The notes: generated from the sequence alone by a model not told the origin. A DNA stretch of 32,189 nt from Squatina squatina (GCA_031763465.1 JARFOE010000080.1:7240811-7272999), one strand, 5' to 3'; shown: positions 1 through 12,828, counted from the stretch's first letter. Numbers and translations: made by a program.

Positions 1-367
1 AGTTATTTTGCCTCCGTGTTTTCCTACAAGCTGAATTCAAATTCTCAGCAACATTGTTAAGAGGGAGATGCTTTACAGGGAAGATGAGAAAATTCAGAGG
101 GAGAGTCACTGCATTCATCTCAAGTACCTACTATTAGCTAGAGTGTCAGTGGCAGAATCCAGTGAGCAGGATAGGTTGTGTTCTGCAGGGGTATCTGAGG
201 AGGAAGAAAAGAAGCAAAAATTTGGCCTGGGGAAGGCAAAGCTAAAAAATCAAACATTCCTGCTTTTCTGTGCTTTTCTTCTGTTGCCCAAGGCAAGATT
301 TTATCATGTTCTTGATGTTAAGTATTAGATACAATATACTGAAGTCCATGCTATTTTGCTTCAACAG

Positions 368-521
368 GTTATCAATGCAGTTGCCTGTCACAGTTTACAG
401 GGAACCAATGTGAAACTGAAGTCACAGCCTGCTTCCCAAACCCCTGTCAGAATGGGGGCTCCTGCAATCCAATAGGCAGTGATTTTATCTGCAGCTGCAA
501 AGAAGGATTTGTGGGTTTGAT
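368..521 (+). CDS. FAT3: FAT3 internal exon (EGF-like repeats)
   Basis: Acceptor ttcaacAG|G at 367/368 and donor AT|GTGAGT at 521/522. Reads [52 protein letters not shown] with EGF cysteine spacing and splices in frame to 1136. Not in the ORF track. Confidence 0.93.
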
Positions 522-1135
522 GTGAGTTTGTATGTAACCTTCTTCTTTACACATGCAATGCTGCACCAGTGTTCAATTTTGCTGAGCAGCTTCAGCTCCC
601 AGTTTGAGATACATTTTGGTTTCCAAGTGTTTGGGTTCAACTGGGAGTTGGTAGGTGTTAATTAGTAGATTTTTACAATAAAATATATAAATACATATTA
701 AATACTTGAAAAAATCAAAGCAATAAATGAAATATTCTTTTGCCACTAGATCATTTTTGTTATCCTTGGTATATGGAAAAAAAATTGACAAAGAATAAAC
801 AAACATTAGTGGAAAGTTATTTATTTTATATGCCTCTTTAAATGACAAAAAAATTCAGAAACATTCTGCAGCATGCCATATATTATCTGTGCCATTCTAA
901 TTGTGTGAAACAAAGATTCAATTTGTTTTTTAGTTAATGAGACCAAAAAAGGTAGAAGCCTACATAGTCCTGCCAAAAGATTAAAAATAAAACACCGACA
1001 AGAGCAAACATAAATGAGAGAAACACAAGTAAAATGCACTACCTTAACGAGTGTCGCATGCTTAAAAAGGGAAAAATGTGTAAAAGATAGATTTTGGGGC
1101 ACGGCTAATTTAAAGCACATTTATTTTTCTTGTAG

Positions 1136-1577
1136 GTGTGAAGAAGACATTGATGAATGTGTCATGGAAGAGTGCCAAAATGGAGGAACATGCTTAAATA
1201 CATTGGGCTCATTTCAATGCAACTGCACTTCAGGATACATAGGCCTCTACTGTGATCTCAGGCCTGTAGTTGTACCCAACATACAACCTGGACATCCCTA
1301 TATTGGAAAAGAGGAACTCATTGGAATAGCTGTTGTTTTACTAGTTCTAATGATACTGGTGATACTTTTTGCAATTTTCCGAAAGAAGGTCTTTAAGAAA
1401 CATGCACGTAACGATATTACTCTTGTGCAGGACCCTGCCACTGCAGCACTGCTTAATAAGCCTAATGGTATTCAGTTCAAAGGTATTAGGAATAATGGTG
1501 ATAGTCGTAAGATTTATCAAGAAACTGGAGGTCCTCCTCAAGTGCCAGTTAGGCCTATGGCGTACACACCATGCTTC
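1136..1577 (+). CDS. FAT3: FAT3 exon: calcium-binding EGF, transmembrane helix and start of cytoplasmic tail (cut by N gap)
   Basis: Acceptor tttttcttgtAG|G at 1135/1136. Reads CEEDIDEC...[45 protein letters not shown]...[11 protein letters not shown]...[15 protein letters not shown], close to recalled human FAT3. Confidence 0.95.
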
Positions 1578-3013
1578 NNNNNNNNNNNNNNNNNNNNNNN
1601 NNNNNNNNNNNNNNNNNNNNNNNNNNNNNNNNNNNNNNNNNNNNNNNNNNNNNNNNNNNNNNNNNNNNNNNNNNNNNCGTATTTGTAATCCTGGAATTTC
1701 TTGGTCTCAAAATCCCTTTCCAGGAGGAAAAAATTGAAGTGAATGGAAATGAAATAATATGAGGCAGTAGGAGAAACATTTGAAAGACCAGCCTGCCCCT
1801 TTCTTCCCCTTTCCAGGATCAAACAACTCAGTCAGAAAAAATACTATTGGCGTAAAACTTTGGTATTGATTCCCCGATGCCTTATGTGTAAATGAACCAT
1901 CTAGTGTGGTGCTGAGCTCGGAAGGTCCCTGATTTAACCTTTGCTCAGTTACCAGAACTAGCCTCAGACCACTGGGTTAAGGAAGAGAACATTCCTGCAC
2001 TTGATTACTACACAATTATTCTTTGATTGCCCTGAAATTCCTAGGTTGGGGAGGGTGTGAATTGGTATTTGAATCTTTGCAGGGCCTAAGTTCCATGATT
2101 GTTTCATGGCGCGTTGAAATGCATGGCCTCCCAGTGGCAGCCATATGCAAATGATGGAGTTAGGACTTACTTGTTGAATTCTGTCTGCCACTTTTTAGCC
2201 CATTTCCCCATTTTATCAATATGCAGCTTTTACAATAAGAAGTGACTGGCTTTCAAAATGCATGCTGATTTTTGGTTGGCCTTTGCATGAAATTGACATC
2301 CAACTTCATTCTGAAATGTGCCGTGATGTGTTTGCCTAGTAAATGTCTTTATTATATATAAAGCCACAAATACATATACATATAGTTCTGGGGATAGGCT
2401 GCTCAGAAGTTTTTTAAAAAGTAACAACCTTGTAACTTATTTGTTCAATATTTGATGGAAAATAAATCATGTTTCAGTGCAAGTCCAAGCACTGATGTTT
2501 AACTAATCATTTGTGCAATTTAAAAACTATATAAATCCCCAGCAATTTATCCAATGGCCACAGAGCTTGTGTTAATTGCTAAAGTTTTAACAGAGAGAAA
2601 GACAATTGTACTTGGATAAATCCAGAAAAGTTGCAATGCAGAAGCAACGTTTTAGTACTAAATGGTATACTACCTGGACATTCAAAAACATACATCCCAT
2701 GTAACAAATCAGAAAATTACTTTGCATAACTAGATCTGTGATTAAAAGGATATGTACAGTTTAATTGAAAGCACAGATTTTCTAGTTTAAGTACAAGATC
2801 CAAATATAATATATAGGTCTCAACTGTTATCCAACAGGAACAATCAAAATGATCAAATTCCATCAGATAGTAGAAACACTACTCATTAGCAGCACTTGCA
2901 CACAATGCTTAGACATCTTTGAATAGCTGCACAAAGGAGTAATTCCATTGATAGCCTATTCTCAAGCTGTTTGTAATAACAAATGTTACTGTAGCTTTTT
3001 CTTTCTATTGCAG

Positions 3014-3114
3014 CATATCATTGGGATACCTCAGACTGGATGCCAAGCACTCGACTACCTAATATTGAAGAAGTACCGCATTATGAAGCAGCTGATACTG
3101 CCCCTGTGCATCAT
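3014..3114 (+). CDS. FAT3: FAT3 probable last coding exon, 5' part only (rest in gap)
   Basis: Polypyrimidine tract and cAG at 3011-3013. Reads [25 protein letters not shown]; [10 protein letters not shown] is the conserved FAT1/FAT3 cytoplasmic motif. Confidence 0.92.
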
Positions 3115-4112
3115 NNNNNNNNNNNNNNNNNNNNNNNNNNNNNNNNNNNNNNNNNNNNNNNNNNNNNNNNNNNNNNNNNNNNNNNNNNNNNNNNNNNNNN
3201 NNNNNNNNNNNNNNNNNNNNNNNNNNNNNNNNNNNNNNNNNNNNNNNNNNNNNNNNNNNNNNNNNNNNNNNNNNNNNNNNNNNNNNNNNNNNNNNNNNNN
3301 NNNNNNNNNNNNNNNNNNNNNNNNNNNNNNNNNNNNNNNNNNNNNNNNNNNNNNNNNNNNNNNNNNNNNNNNNNNNNNNNNNNNNNNNNNNNNNNNNNNN
3401 NNNNNNNNNNNNNNNTAATCTTATATGCATTTCCCTTTTAGAGGCTTCCCATGACAGAGACCCTTAGGAAAGAACTTTCCCTTGTTCCCAGTGAAATTCA
3501 TCTATTCAACATATCACTATATTTTCTAAAAGTTCCTTTTTCATTAAATTCTGGTGGAATTATTTTCACTAGCAATCTGAACTAAAATACTAACTGGACT
3601 AAGAAAGTTTATATGGCAGAATTTCAATTCAGTGCTAAAAAAATTAACGAACAACAGTCAAGCAACACTGGGAATATGGTGATGCAATGACAGGAAGTGA
3701 CGACCATTTAATGGCGGATTTACATTCACAAGAATTGATGAACAAAATAAATTAGAATGAGTTATTTTCTGCTAATTGGGTACTAATTTCATTATATTCT
3801 ACCCACAACAGACTCCTTCTAATATGGTTACAAATAAATGCCTTTTTAATAAATGAAACCTTTCATGATAGCCATGGTATGGTTTATAGCTGAGTCAATA
3901 TTGGAGCTGGAAGTGCAGAAAAAAAATTACATTTATGAGGTTCCCATACAGCACATCCTCAAATTTACATCTGATGAATTCTAGTATTCTGCTCGGTATC
4001 TGAGAGACCAATAGTTCTGTTGTTGTGCTTTTGAAAATGGGTATAAGTTAGTTTGTTCCCAATCTACAGGACCTGCCAGCATTCAGCAAACTCCCTCAAG
4101 ACTATCAGCACC

Positions 4113-4303
4113 TTGGATGGATTCACTCTGGAACATCCACGATGCTGAGAACATCATGGATAGCACATATAGCAAGCTGGTCACACTGCAGGTAAAGGCT
4201 GCACAGGTAGAAAAGGAATGGGTGACCACCAGGCAGAGCAGTAGACGCAGGCAGGTAGTGCAGGAGTCCCCTATGGCCATCTCCCTCTCAAACAGATGTG
4301 CCG
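4113..4303 (+). mobile_element. CR1-clade LINE ORF1 fragment (decayed)
   Basis: DSLWNIHDAENIMDSTYSKLVTLQVK...EWVTTRQSSRRRQVVQESPMAISLSNR aligns with the minus-strand copy at 19037-19560 (EAENFVDSTF*EVVTPQLK...VTTRQTRKTRQVRQDSPKCISLANR). Confidence 0.7.
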
Positions 4304-6679
4304 NNNNNNNNNNNNNNNNNNNNNNNNNNNNNNNNNNNNNNNNNNNNNNNNNNNNNNNNNNNNNNNNNNNNNNNNNNNNNNNNNNNNNNNNNNNNNNNNN
4401 NNNNNNNNNNNNNNNNNNNNNNNNNNNNNNNNNNNNNNNNNNNNNNNNNNNNNNNNNNNNNNNNNNNNNNNNNNNNNNNNNNNNNNNNNNNNNNNNNNNN
4501 NNNNNNNNNNNNNNNNNNNNNNNNNNNNNNNNNNNNNNNNNNNNNNNNNNNNNNNNNNNNNNNNNNNNNNNNNNNNNNNNNNNNNNNNNNNNNNNNNNNN
4601 NNNNNNNNNNNNNNNNNNNNNNNNNNNNNNNNNNNNNNNNNNNNNNNNNNNNNNNNNNNNNNNNNNNNNNNNNNNNNNNNNNNNNNNNNNNNNNNNNNNN
4701 NNNNNNNNNNNNNNNNNNNNNNNNNNNNNNNNNNNNNNNNNNNNNNNNNNNNNNNNNNNNNNNNNNNNNNNNNNNNNNNNNNNNNNNNNNNNNNNNNNNN
4801 NNNNNNNNNNNNNNNNNNNNNNNNNNNNNNNNNNNNNNNNNNNNNNNNNNNNNNNNNNNNNNNNNNNNNNNNNNNNNNNNNNNNNNNNNNNNNNNNNNNN
4901 NNNNNNNNNNNNNNNNNNNNNNNNNNNNNNNNNNNNNNNNNNNNNNNNNNNNNNNNNNNNNNNNNNNNNNNNNNNNNNNNNNNNNNNNNNNNNNNNNNNN
5001 NNNNNNNNNNNNNNNNNNNNNNNNNNNNNNNNNNNNNNNNNNNNNNNNNNNNNNNNNNNNNNNNNNNNNNNNNNNNNNNNNNNNNNNNNNNNNNNNNNNN
5101 NNNNNNNNNNNNNNNNNNNNNNNNNNNNNNNNNNNNNNNNNNNNNNNNNNNNNNNNNNNNNNNNNNNNNNNNCTGAACACTGCACACTGTAGTTAGAATG
5201 GTACTCAATGCAAAAAAAAGGCTTTGCAATTAAAAAATAAATTTGAAATCTGGTTTTGTAGGTCAGAGATCAAGAATGAGTGGTGCTCTACAACACACAG
5301 GGCCCAGAAAAAATTAATTTCACATTCTTTAATTTTCACATAATAAAAAAGGTCTGGCTAGTATTGGGACTCCATGCTCACAGGTAAAGCCTGCTGCATT
5401 TTATTGATAGCTGTAACCGTACAATTTTTAGAGTTCTTCTGAGAATTTAGTAGGCTACAAAGTAACACTTTCAAAGTCGTGTGATTGGCAATGTAAGTTC
5501 CAAATCTTATGGCAATTCCAATCTAGGGCTTCAAACTGAAATAGGCTTTGTTAGGCCAGAAATTCAGGCTGGTCAATATGAAAATCACTTTTGGAAATCT
5601 CTCAATAGTAAGGAATGTATTTCTATTGCAAATTATTTAAATCAAGCAATAGCAAAGCTGCTTTTTGCTATTTAATAATTGATTCAATTATGCTTATGAC
5701 CCGTCAGGGCAGAAAATGATTCCCCATGAAGTATTGTCTCTAGTAACACAGTGTTAACCAGTTTAATTAAAGCGTTCCTATAAATGCAGAGAAAAGAATT
5801 TGCACATAGATTTACAGCTGGACATTTTCACAACTGGGACTTAGATTCAGATCTAGCCGTAGTCATAAGGTTGATGGTCAGCTCGCTCCATTGAATATTA
5901 GAGATCTTGAGTAAAATAAGTTTGGTCTGATTCAATCCAATTCCTACAAGATGAGTGCACCACATAAACCTGCTATGTCACAATTCATAACAGGAACAAA
6001 ATATGAAAAAAATGTTATGCACCTTTAGAGTCAGTTCCATGCATTCAGAAAGGTACGATATAATTGATATTCCAATAGTAGAGTTACATCTGGACTCTCA
6101 TTTGTATATAAATGATCTTACAGCAGCTGTGGGTCTATGGCACTGCATTTTAGAAAATTGTGAAATTTGATATGCCTCAAGATTTCTAAGCTTTTTGTAG
6201 TATTGTATGAAACTGTCGTCCTGTTGTGTATTATTTTTTACCTGCTGTTAATGTTGCACCTATAATTGCTTGATTTTGATTTGCTGCCCTTTTTAAAAAG
6301 TAGCATGTCTGCTTGTTTCATTTTTGTGGGACTTCATCAGTGCCCAATAATTCTTTAATGGCAATATCCAGTGTCCTGTTCTTCTGTCCATGGGGAAGAT
6401 GAAGCTGTAAGTTCGAGAGAACAGTGCACATCTGTAAATTGCTCACTACATCTATGCACAACTGTAGGCTAATATTACATGGGTCTCCAAACACATAACA
6501 TTAACATAATAGAATGGAAACTAAGGGCAATGGTGACCTTAACTGGCACTGATAGAGCCGTGGAAGCCCTGCTCTGAGGNNNNNNNNNNNNNNNNNNNNN
6601 NNNNNNNNNNNNNNNNNNNNNNNNNNNNNNNNNNNNNNNNNNNNNNNNNNNNNNNNNNNNNNNNNNNNNNNNNNNNNNN

Positions 6680-6800
6680 GCCATGTTTTCCACATTACAA
6701 CAGTGACTACACTCCAAAAGTGCTTCATTGACTGTAAAGCACTTTGAGACATCTGGTGGTTATGAAAGGTGCTATATAAATGCAAGTCCTTTTTTTCTTT
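6680..6800 (+). mobile_element. SacSINE1/DeuSINE-like SINE 3' tail
   Basis: Sequence cattacaacagtgactacactccaaaagtgcttcattgactgtaaagcactttgagacatc...tgaaaggtgctatataaatgcaagtc followed by T-rich end matches the DeuSINE-type tail as recalled. Confidence 0.75.
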
Positions 6801-7478
6801 ACATATAATTTTATCATATAATACGGTCACCGTTCACCATCATTGCTCTGCAAACCTGACAGCAACTTCTGGTGTCTGCACGTGCAAAATTAAATGCGGA
6901 AACCGGAAGTTGCTGTCGGCGATTCCCAGTTCCTCCACAGGGTGTGTTGTCGCACTGCTCGCAGTTGGAATGAATTAAAAATCAGCAATTTGACGCAAAC
7001 TAACTTTTTACACACTATTCATGCTGTAAAAACCCTTGAAAAAGTTAAGCCTTGTTGAATGAGGTGTAACTGAATTTTTAGCAGTATACTGATCATAATT
7101 ATTGCTGAACATCATCTCTGGCCCTGAAAGACTAATTTTACAGTGTGGACTGTCATTTTCTCCATTCCAAATAAAAATTCCATAGATTTTTAAAATAATA
7201 AAAAATATACTTGTTTAAAAGTTTGTTTATGATATTTCAGTTTTGACCTCAATCTTACGTATATCTGAATCTTTATTTTACTTTATGTAAAATTATAAAT
7301 ATGTGATTGATTAAAACCTGCTTTTTACTTCCTGGTTTGCTGGCTTTGAGAATGTTTCAATGTGATTGGCTGCTCAGCNNNNNNNNNNNNNNNNNNNNNN
7401 NNNNNNNNNNNNNNNNNNNNNNNNNNNNNNNNNNNNNNNNNNNNNNNNNNNNNNNNNNNNNNNNNNNNNNNNNNNNNN

Positions 7479-8398
7479 CCCAAACCACTCGCAGAATGCC
7501 TACTACTCGTCCCAGACATGGGTGCAGTCGTCGACATTCCCCTTGGACTACAGCATGACTGCGAGAATGAGCAGAGGCAACTCAGAGCAGAGCAAGATGC
7601 TATAAAAAGGAGGAGGAGGGGGAGAAGGGCTCTCAACAGGAAGCCATATTTGCCCAGCATGTTCTGAGAGCAATTCTCCTACCTGAACCTTAGAGAGGAA
7701 CAGTGTGTCAGACTCCTGCGTTATATTATAAGCTGTTATATGTGTGGCTACCTCCAGGCTGGAGCAGAAGATCATTGCAACATCTCACAGTTTGCAGTCC
7801 ACTATTGCGTAAGGGAGGTCACTGAGGCTCTCTATTCCAAGACAGCTGACTACATTTCATTCTCTCTTGCCAGAGAGAAGCAGGCAAAGTGAGCACATGG
7901 TTTCACAAGAATTGCAGGCTTCCCCATGGTGCAGGGTGTCATTGACTTTGGGCACCAGATGTCAATTCTGTGATATACCACAACCGAAAGGGTTTCCACT
8001 CCCTCAATGTCTAGCTGGTGTGCAACCATAGGTCAACGCCTGGTATCCTGGCAGCAGCCATGATGCGTTAATTCTGCAGCAGTCCGCTGTCCCTTCTGCA
8101 TTTGAGCCACCATGGCAAACCAGAGGGTGGCTACTGAGCAACAAGGGTTATTATCCACTGATGGCATGGCTCATGACTCCAGTGCGCAATGCATGCACAC
8201 GTGGGCTACATGCGTGCGATGAAAGCCATGCTGCCACACAAAATGTGATAGAGCATTTTCAGCACACTATTGGCATGCTGAAATAATGCTTCCGCTGCCT
8301 GGATCGCCCTGGAGAAGTCCTTCAGTACTCGACAGAGCGCGTGTGTCAAGATACATGGTGGTCTGCAGCATGCTGCACAACTCGCCATCATGAGGGCA
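7479..8398 (+). mobile_element. PIF/Harbinger transposase pseudogene (HARBI1-like DDE) with stops and frameshifts
   Basis: Motifs across frames: ISQFAVHYCVREVTEALY, IAGFPMVQGVID, YHNRKGFHSLNV, NAWYPGSSHDA, GWLLSNKGY, PLMAWLMTP, TIGMLK*CFRCLD. The upstream region 6830-7378 may be the element's subterminal part. Confidence 0.85.
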
Positions 8399-8498
8399 NN
8401 NNNNNNNNNNNNNNNNNNNNNNNNNNNNNNNNNNNNNNNNNNNNNNNNNNNNNNNNNNNNNNNNNNNNNNNNNNNNNNNNNNNNNNNNNNNNNNNNNN

Positions 8499-9115
8499 CT
8501 TCCTCCAAGGCCAATACATCCTTCCTAAGATATGGTACCCCAAACTGCTCACAGTACTCCAGGGGTGGTCTGACCAGGGTTTTGTATAGCGGTAGCATAA
8601 CTTCTACCCCCATGTATTCGAGTCCTCTCGATACAAAGCCCTGCATTCTATTCATCTTTTTGAATATTTTCTGTACCTGACGACATTTTGCCAAAATATG
8701 TACATAAACCCCTAAATCACTTTGTCCTCCTGTTCCTGGTTTTTCATCATTGGAAAGTATTCTGATGTATCCTTTTTCAGTCCAAAATGGATGACCTCCC
8801 ACTTGCTTATGTTGAAATCCATTTGCCACAGTTTTGACCATTCACTTGTCCATTAACATCGTTTTGTAATTTTGTGCTTCCATCTACACTGTTTACAATC
8901 TTTGTGTCATTGGCAAACTTGGATATGTGGCTCTCCATCCCATCATCTAAGTTGTTAATAAATGCAGTGAATAGTTGAGGCCACAACACAGAAGCTTGTG
9001 GGACGCCATTTGTCACATCCTGCCAATTGGAGTACCTGCCCATTACCCCTACTCTCTGTCTCCTGCTGCTCAGCCAATTTCCTAACCAGCTCAATAATTT
9101 GCCTTCAATTCTCAT
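8499..9115 (-). mobile_element. CR1-clade LINE reverse transcriptase fragment (decayed)
   Basis: WLGNWLSSRRQRVGV...GVPQASVLWPQLF..FINNLD..ISKFANDTK (degenerate GVPQGSVLGP and FADD motifs) and LYKTLVRPPLEYC..PYLRKDVLALE. Confidence 0.92.
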
Positions 9116-10074
9116 TGTGAAAGGATTTGCAGTCATAAAAAATTCCCTTTCTGAGTGCCCTCTGCTGACTTGTGAGTAGCGTTTGTGAGTGGGGATATCA
9201 GGCGAGGGTAAGACTGTCTCAGATGCAATTCCACCTTGGTCNNNNNNNNNNNNNNNNNNNNNNNNNNNNNNNNNNNNNNNNNNNNNNNNNNNNNNNNNNN
9301 NNNNNNNNNNNNNNNNNNNNNNNNNNNNNNNNNNNNNNNNNGAAGTGACGCAAAATCTTAATCACACTAATCATTTTAAGTTCACCAGTTACTTACTACT
9401 GGGTTAGGTGCTCTGCTGTTGTCCGTATGTTCTGAAGGCACAGGCATTATACCATTTAGTTGACAGAATCAGAGGAGAGGATTGTAATGGTTGTGTTGGA
9501 ACATTTTCAACTGTATGCAAATCAATGTGTTCGTGCATTACACATGACTTAAATTTCTATGGATAAAACAATCAGACACAAACACAAAGGTGAAGTATAT
9601 CATGATGCAAATGCACTGCACCAAGGAACATTACAACACTGATTCATGTTTACAACTCCCAAACTCTTAGGTTCCTAATCTCAGCATAGCCTATCTAAGA
9701 GAAGAAGCAAAATAGTTCCCCACAAGGAGAGAGGAATACTAGACGACAAGTCAACCTATATATATTTTCCAATGGTCAAAGAGCAGCATTGTCAGAGCGG
9801 GAGAGAAGAGACAAAAAATGTATGTTAACAAAAAAAGAGGCCATTGCATTGAACAGTTTCAAAACAAACAAAAAGAACTTACAAAGCAGGCAAAACCAGA
9901 TTCTCAACAACTATTATCTCTCACATGTTAGTGCGGAAGAGCTTTGGAATTGCAGTAAAGTGTTTAAATATTCAACACAGTATTTCCATTTTCACTCCAT
10001 AGTAATACAAAATACATAGCTGTAGATAATTTCCACAATTCCCCTAAATGTAGCTGCTCTAAAGTACCTTTTGT

Positions 10075-10394
10075 TCAAGTGCTTGAAATATTAGACCAAG
10101 AATTCAGCACAGTAGAGTTGAAGTTGATGGAAGGACTCATGGTGGGTTTAATCACTGATGCTGTCTCTGGGTAGATGATCTCCACAACAGTCACATATGT
10201 TCCAGTCAAAAAGCCAATGATTCCTATCAATGCTATGAAGATGTCCTTCAAGAGCAACCAGATGGAGATTCCTTCTGCAGAAAAAGTGATAATCTCCAGC
10301 AATGGGGGGAAGATGAGGGCCAGAGCACTACTGCTGACTGCTCCAACAAATGAAATCACTAAATCAAGACGTGGAATTAAGATAGCAGTGGCAC
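10075..10394 (-). CDS. SLC36A4: SLC36A4 (proton-coupled amino acid transporter 4) last coding exon
   Basis: Minus-strand acceptor CAG at 10397-10395. Reads [36 protein letters not shown]...[16 protein letters not shown]...NISST with TGA at 10077-10075. Confidence 0.93.
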
Positions 10395-11318
10395 CTGCGT
10401 ATAAAAAACAGAAAAGATGCACAGGATTTAATCAGAGAAAACGTTAAATATATATAAAGTTTACTTAGTACATCGTAAATTGTGCAAAATATTTTATGCA
10501 CAGATATATTAAGAGGAACAAACATAAAGCATGTTGTAGAACTAAAAAGCATATATTTAGAATTTTTAAAACTATATATCAGATTGCTTAAAGAACCAAG
10601 AGGCCTAAATTCAACTGCGCCCAAACGGGCCGCAGCATTTGGGGCCCCACAGCCGGAAATGTACTGCACCACCAGCGTCTGTGGCCTCGCCGTCAGGGAC
10701 GCTGTTGGCACCGGTGTCAGGCGCGCGATGACATAACATCATGTGCCANNNNNNNNNNNNNNNNNNNNNNNNNNNNNNNNNNNNNNNNNNNNNNNNNNNN
10801 NNNNNNNNNNNNNNNNNNNNNNNNNNNNNNNNNNNNNNNNNNNNNNNNCACAATCTTGGAATTAAGCCAATAATTTTAAAAAGACCTTTATACATTTTAA
10901 TAGCTTAAATGATAAAATCTATATGTATAAAAAAAGATATCTAATGGATACAAGTCTCTAAAATCTACATTAGCCTTCAGCTCTTAAAAAATGGACATAT
11001 CACACAGAAACCTGACATCTGCAATTTCAAGGGACTCAAAGTTACAGAGAAACTATTAAACCGACGTTTCTAGGCACAAACTTTTGGGAAAGGCCAACAC
11101 ACAATGATACCATTGTATTGTCAATTAAAATAAATTCTCAGTAGGCCAACAAAAATGGAGTTCTTTGTGATGGTCTTATGAATTTCCGTGTTCCTAATAA
11201 AAAAAGTGAAATAAGATGTTTGGAAACCGTGTTCATCCAACTATAATGTTACAGGTTTTTGCAAACACAAGAAACAAGAAGGTTTTCTTTATCATGGAAT
11301 TGCATGGAATCTACTCAC

Positions 11319-11488
11319 AGGTTAGACAAACAAGAAGGGTTCGGACCACAAGATCACAAAGTAGCTTCCATCTCTGATGTACTCGTGCAGAAACAGCTGG
11401 AAGAATGATCTCTGCTGGTACATAATACTGGATTGTATAAGTCACCAAGATCCCAAAGGAGTAAAGGATTTTCACCAGCTGGTATAGC
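11319..11488 (-). CDS. SLC36A4: SLC36A4 internal exon (170 nt)
   Basis: AG acceptor and GTGAGT donor. Reads (W)[30 protein letters not shown]...LLVCLT(C); phases fit both neighbouring exons. Confidence 0.93.
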
Positions 11489-12658
11489 CTAGAGGAAGAA
11501 ATTAATGACATGTCACCAGGGCGCAACAGGTTTGTGATGCTATTAGAGTGTAACAAGGTCCTAGCTGTTTTCTTGTTGCAAATTTGTCAGAAGTTAATCT
11601 AACAGGAAAAAAAAGAAAGCAGCCACNNNNNNNNNNNNNNNNNNNNNNNNNNNNNNNNNNNNNNNNNNNNNNNNNNNNNNNNNNNNNNNNNNNNNNNNNN
11701 NNNNNNNNNNNNNNNNNNNNNNNNNNTTAAAGCTATGTGAAAGGAGGATAAAAAATACCACTGAAAAACAGGAAGTAGTGACCATAATTTTCAACTGCAT
11801 GAGTAACTAAGAAAGCACACCTATGAAGCCCTCAGATTTAGCATTGTTATTTATATATAGAGATGATATAATGCACACTATATTAAAATGATCAACCATA
11901 TACAATCTAAGCTAGCATGATATGGATACGCATAACATTGTATAACTGATAAAAAACAATATCCGTTTCTACTTTTATCTACATTCAAAGAATTTGGTCA
12001 ACAAATATTTGTGCAATGTCTCATTCAGCAGTCTTTTTTTTTAAAAAAAGCTCCTGATACACTGGCAATCCAAATCTACACATTCATCTACATCTCAATT
12101 CATCGCTGATACCCCTGAAGAAGGTACCATCATCTTGCCTGAGGAGGAAGCAGAAGAGGAGGGGCTGGATACCATTAACATCAACATCCAAGAAGCATAA
12201 CGCAGCCAGGAAGACGTCATCTCAATTGCAGGATCCTCCAAAGGCCACTTCACAAAAGGATGACGTCATCCCTCACTACACCTGGAAAACATGAAGGGAC
12301 ACATCAGCCACATGGGTCAGGAGATGTCCCCTCAACCCTCCACCCACCTTTACACTGTATCTAACTTGTACTGTACTTGCCCTGANNNNNNNNNNNNNNN
12401 NNNNNNNNNNNNNNNNNNNNNNNNNNNNNNNNNNNNNNNNNNNNNNNNNNNNNNNNNNNNNNNNNNNNNNNNNNNNNNNNNNNNNACAGCAATTTAAAAA
12501 GCACATGTCAGCTAAACCATAGCCCATTTTAATTAAAACAAATATATTATCCAAAAAGTGACCAGACAGTAGTTATTGCAAAACATTCTGAAATGCTGGA
12601 CATACAAGCCAGATTGAAAAGGCACTTATCTAATAAAATGTGACTCAAAAAATCTTAC

Positions 12659-12828
12659 CATATATCTTGTGGAAGGTTTAATGTAATACTGCCCTGAACA
12701 CTATCGCCAAAGTGCAGGTACCCAAGGGTTGCCAGTGAAACATACAAAGCAGTGACTATGCCCATACCGATGTTTAGTGCTTGTGGGAATCGGTTTCTTT
12801 GCTTCATTTTATTTTCTAAAGGAAGAAC
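12659..12828 (-). CDS. SLC36A4: SLC36A4 internal exon (170 nt)
   Basis: ttacAG acceptor and GTAAGA donor. Reads [56 protein letters not shown](W). Confidence 0.93.

Noticed and set aside
68-328. 86-aa ATG-initiated ORF
   Set aside because: It lies in a FAT3 intron, runs through the pyrimidine-rich region before the true exon and has no recognisable domain.
4083-5229. Long ORFs of about 290-365 aa in the ORF track
   Set aside because: They are almost entirely X residues read through an N gap. The same applies to most ORFs spanning 100-N gaps.
12060-12385. Acidic, coding-looking stretch in an SLC36A4 intron (EEEAEEEG)
   Set aside because: It contains stops, lacks a clear splice context and resembles no family I recognise; probably an unidentified repeat remnant.
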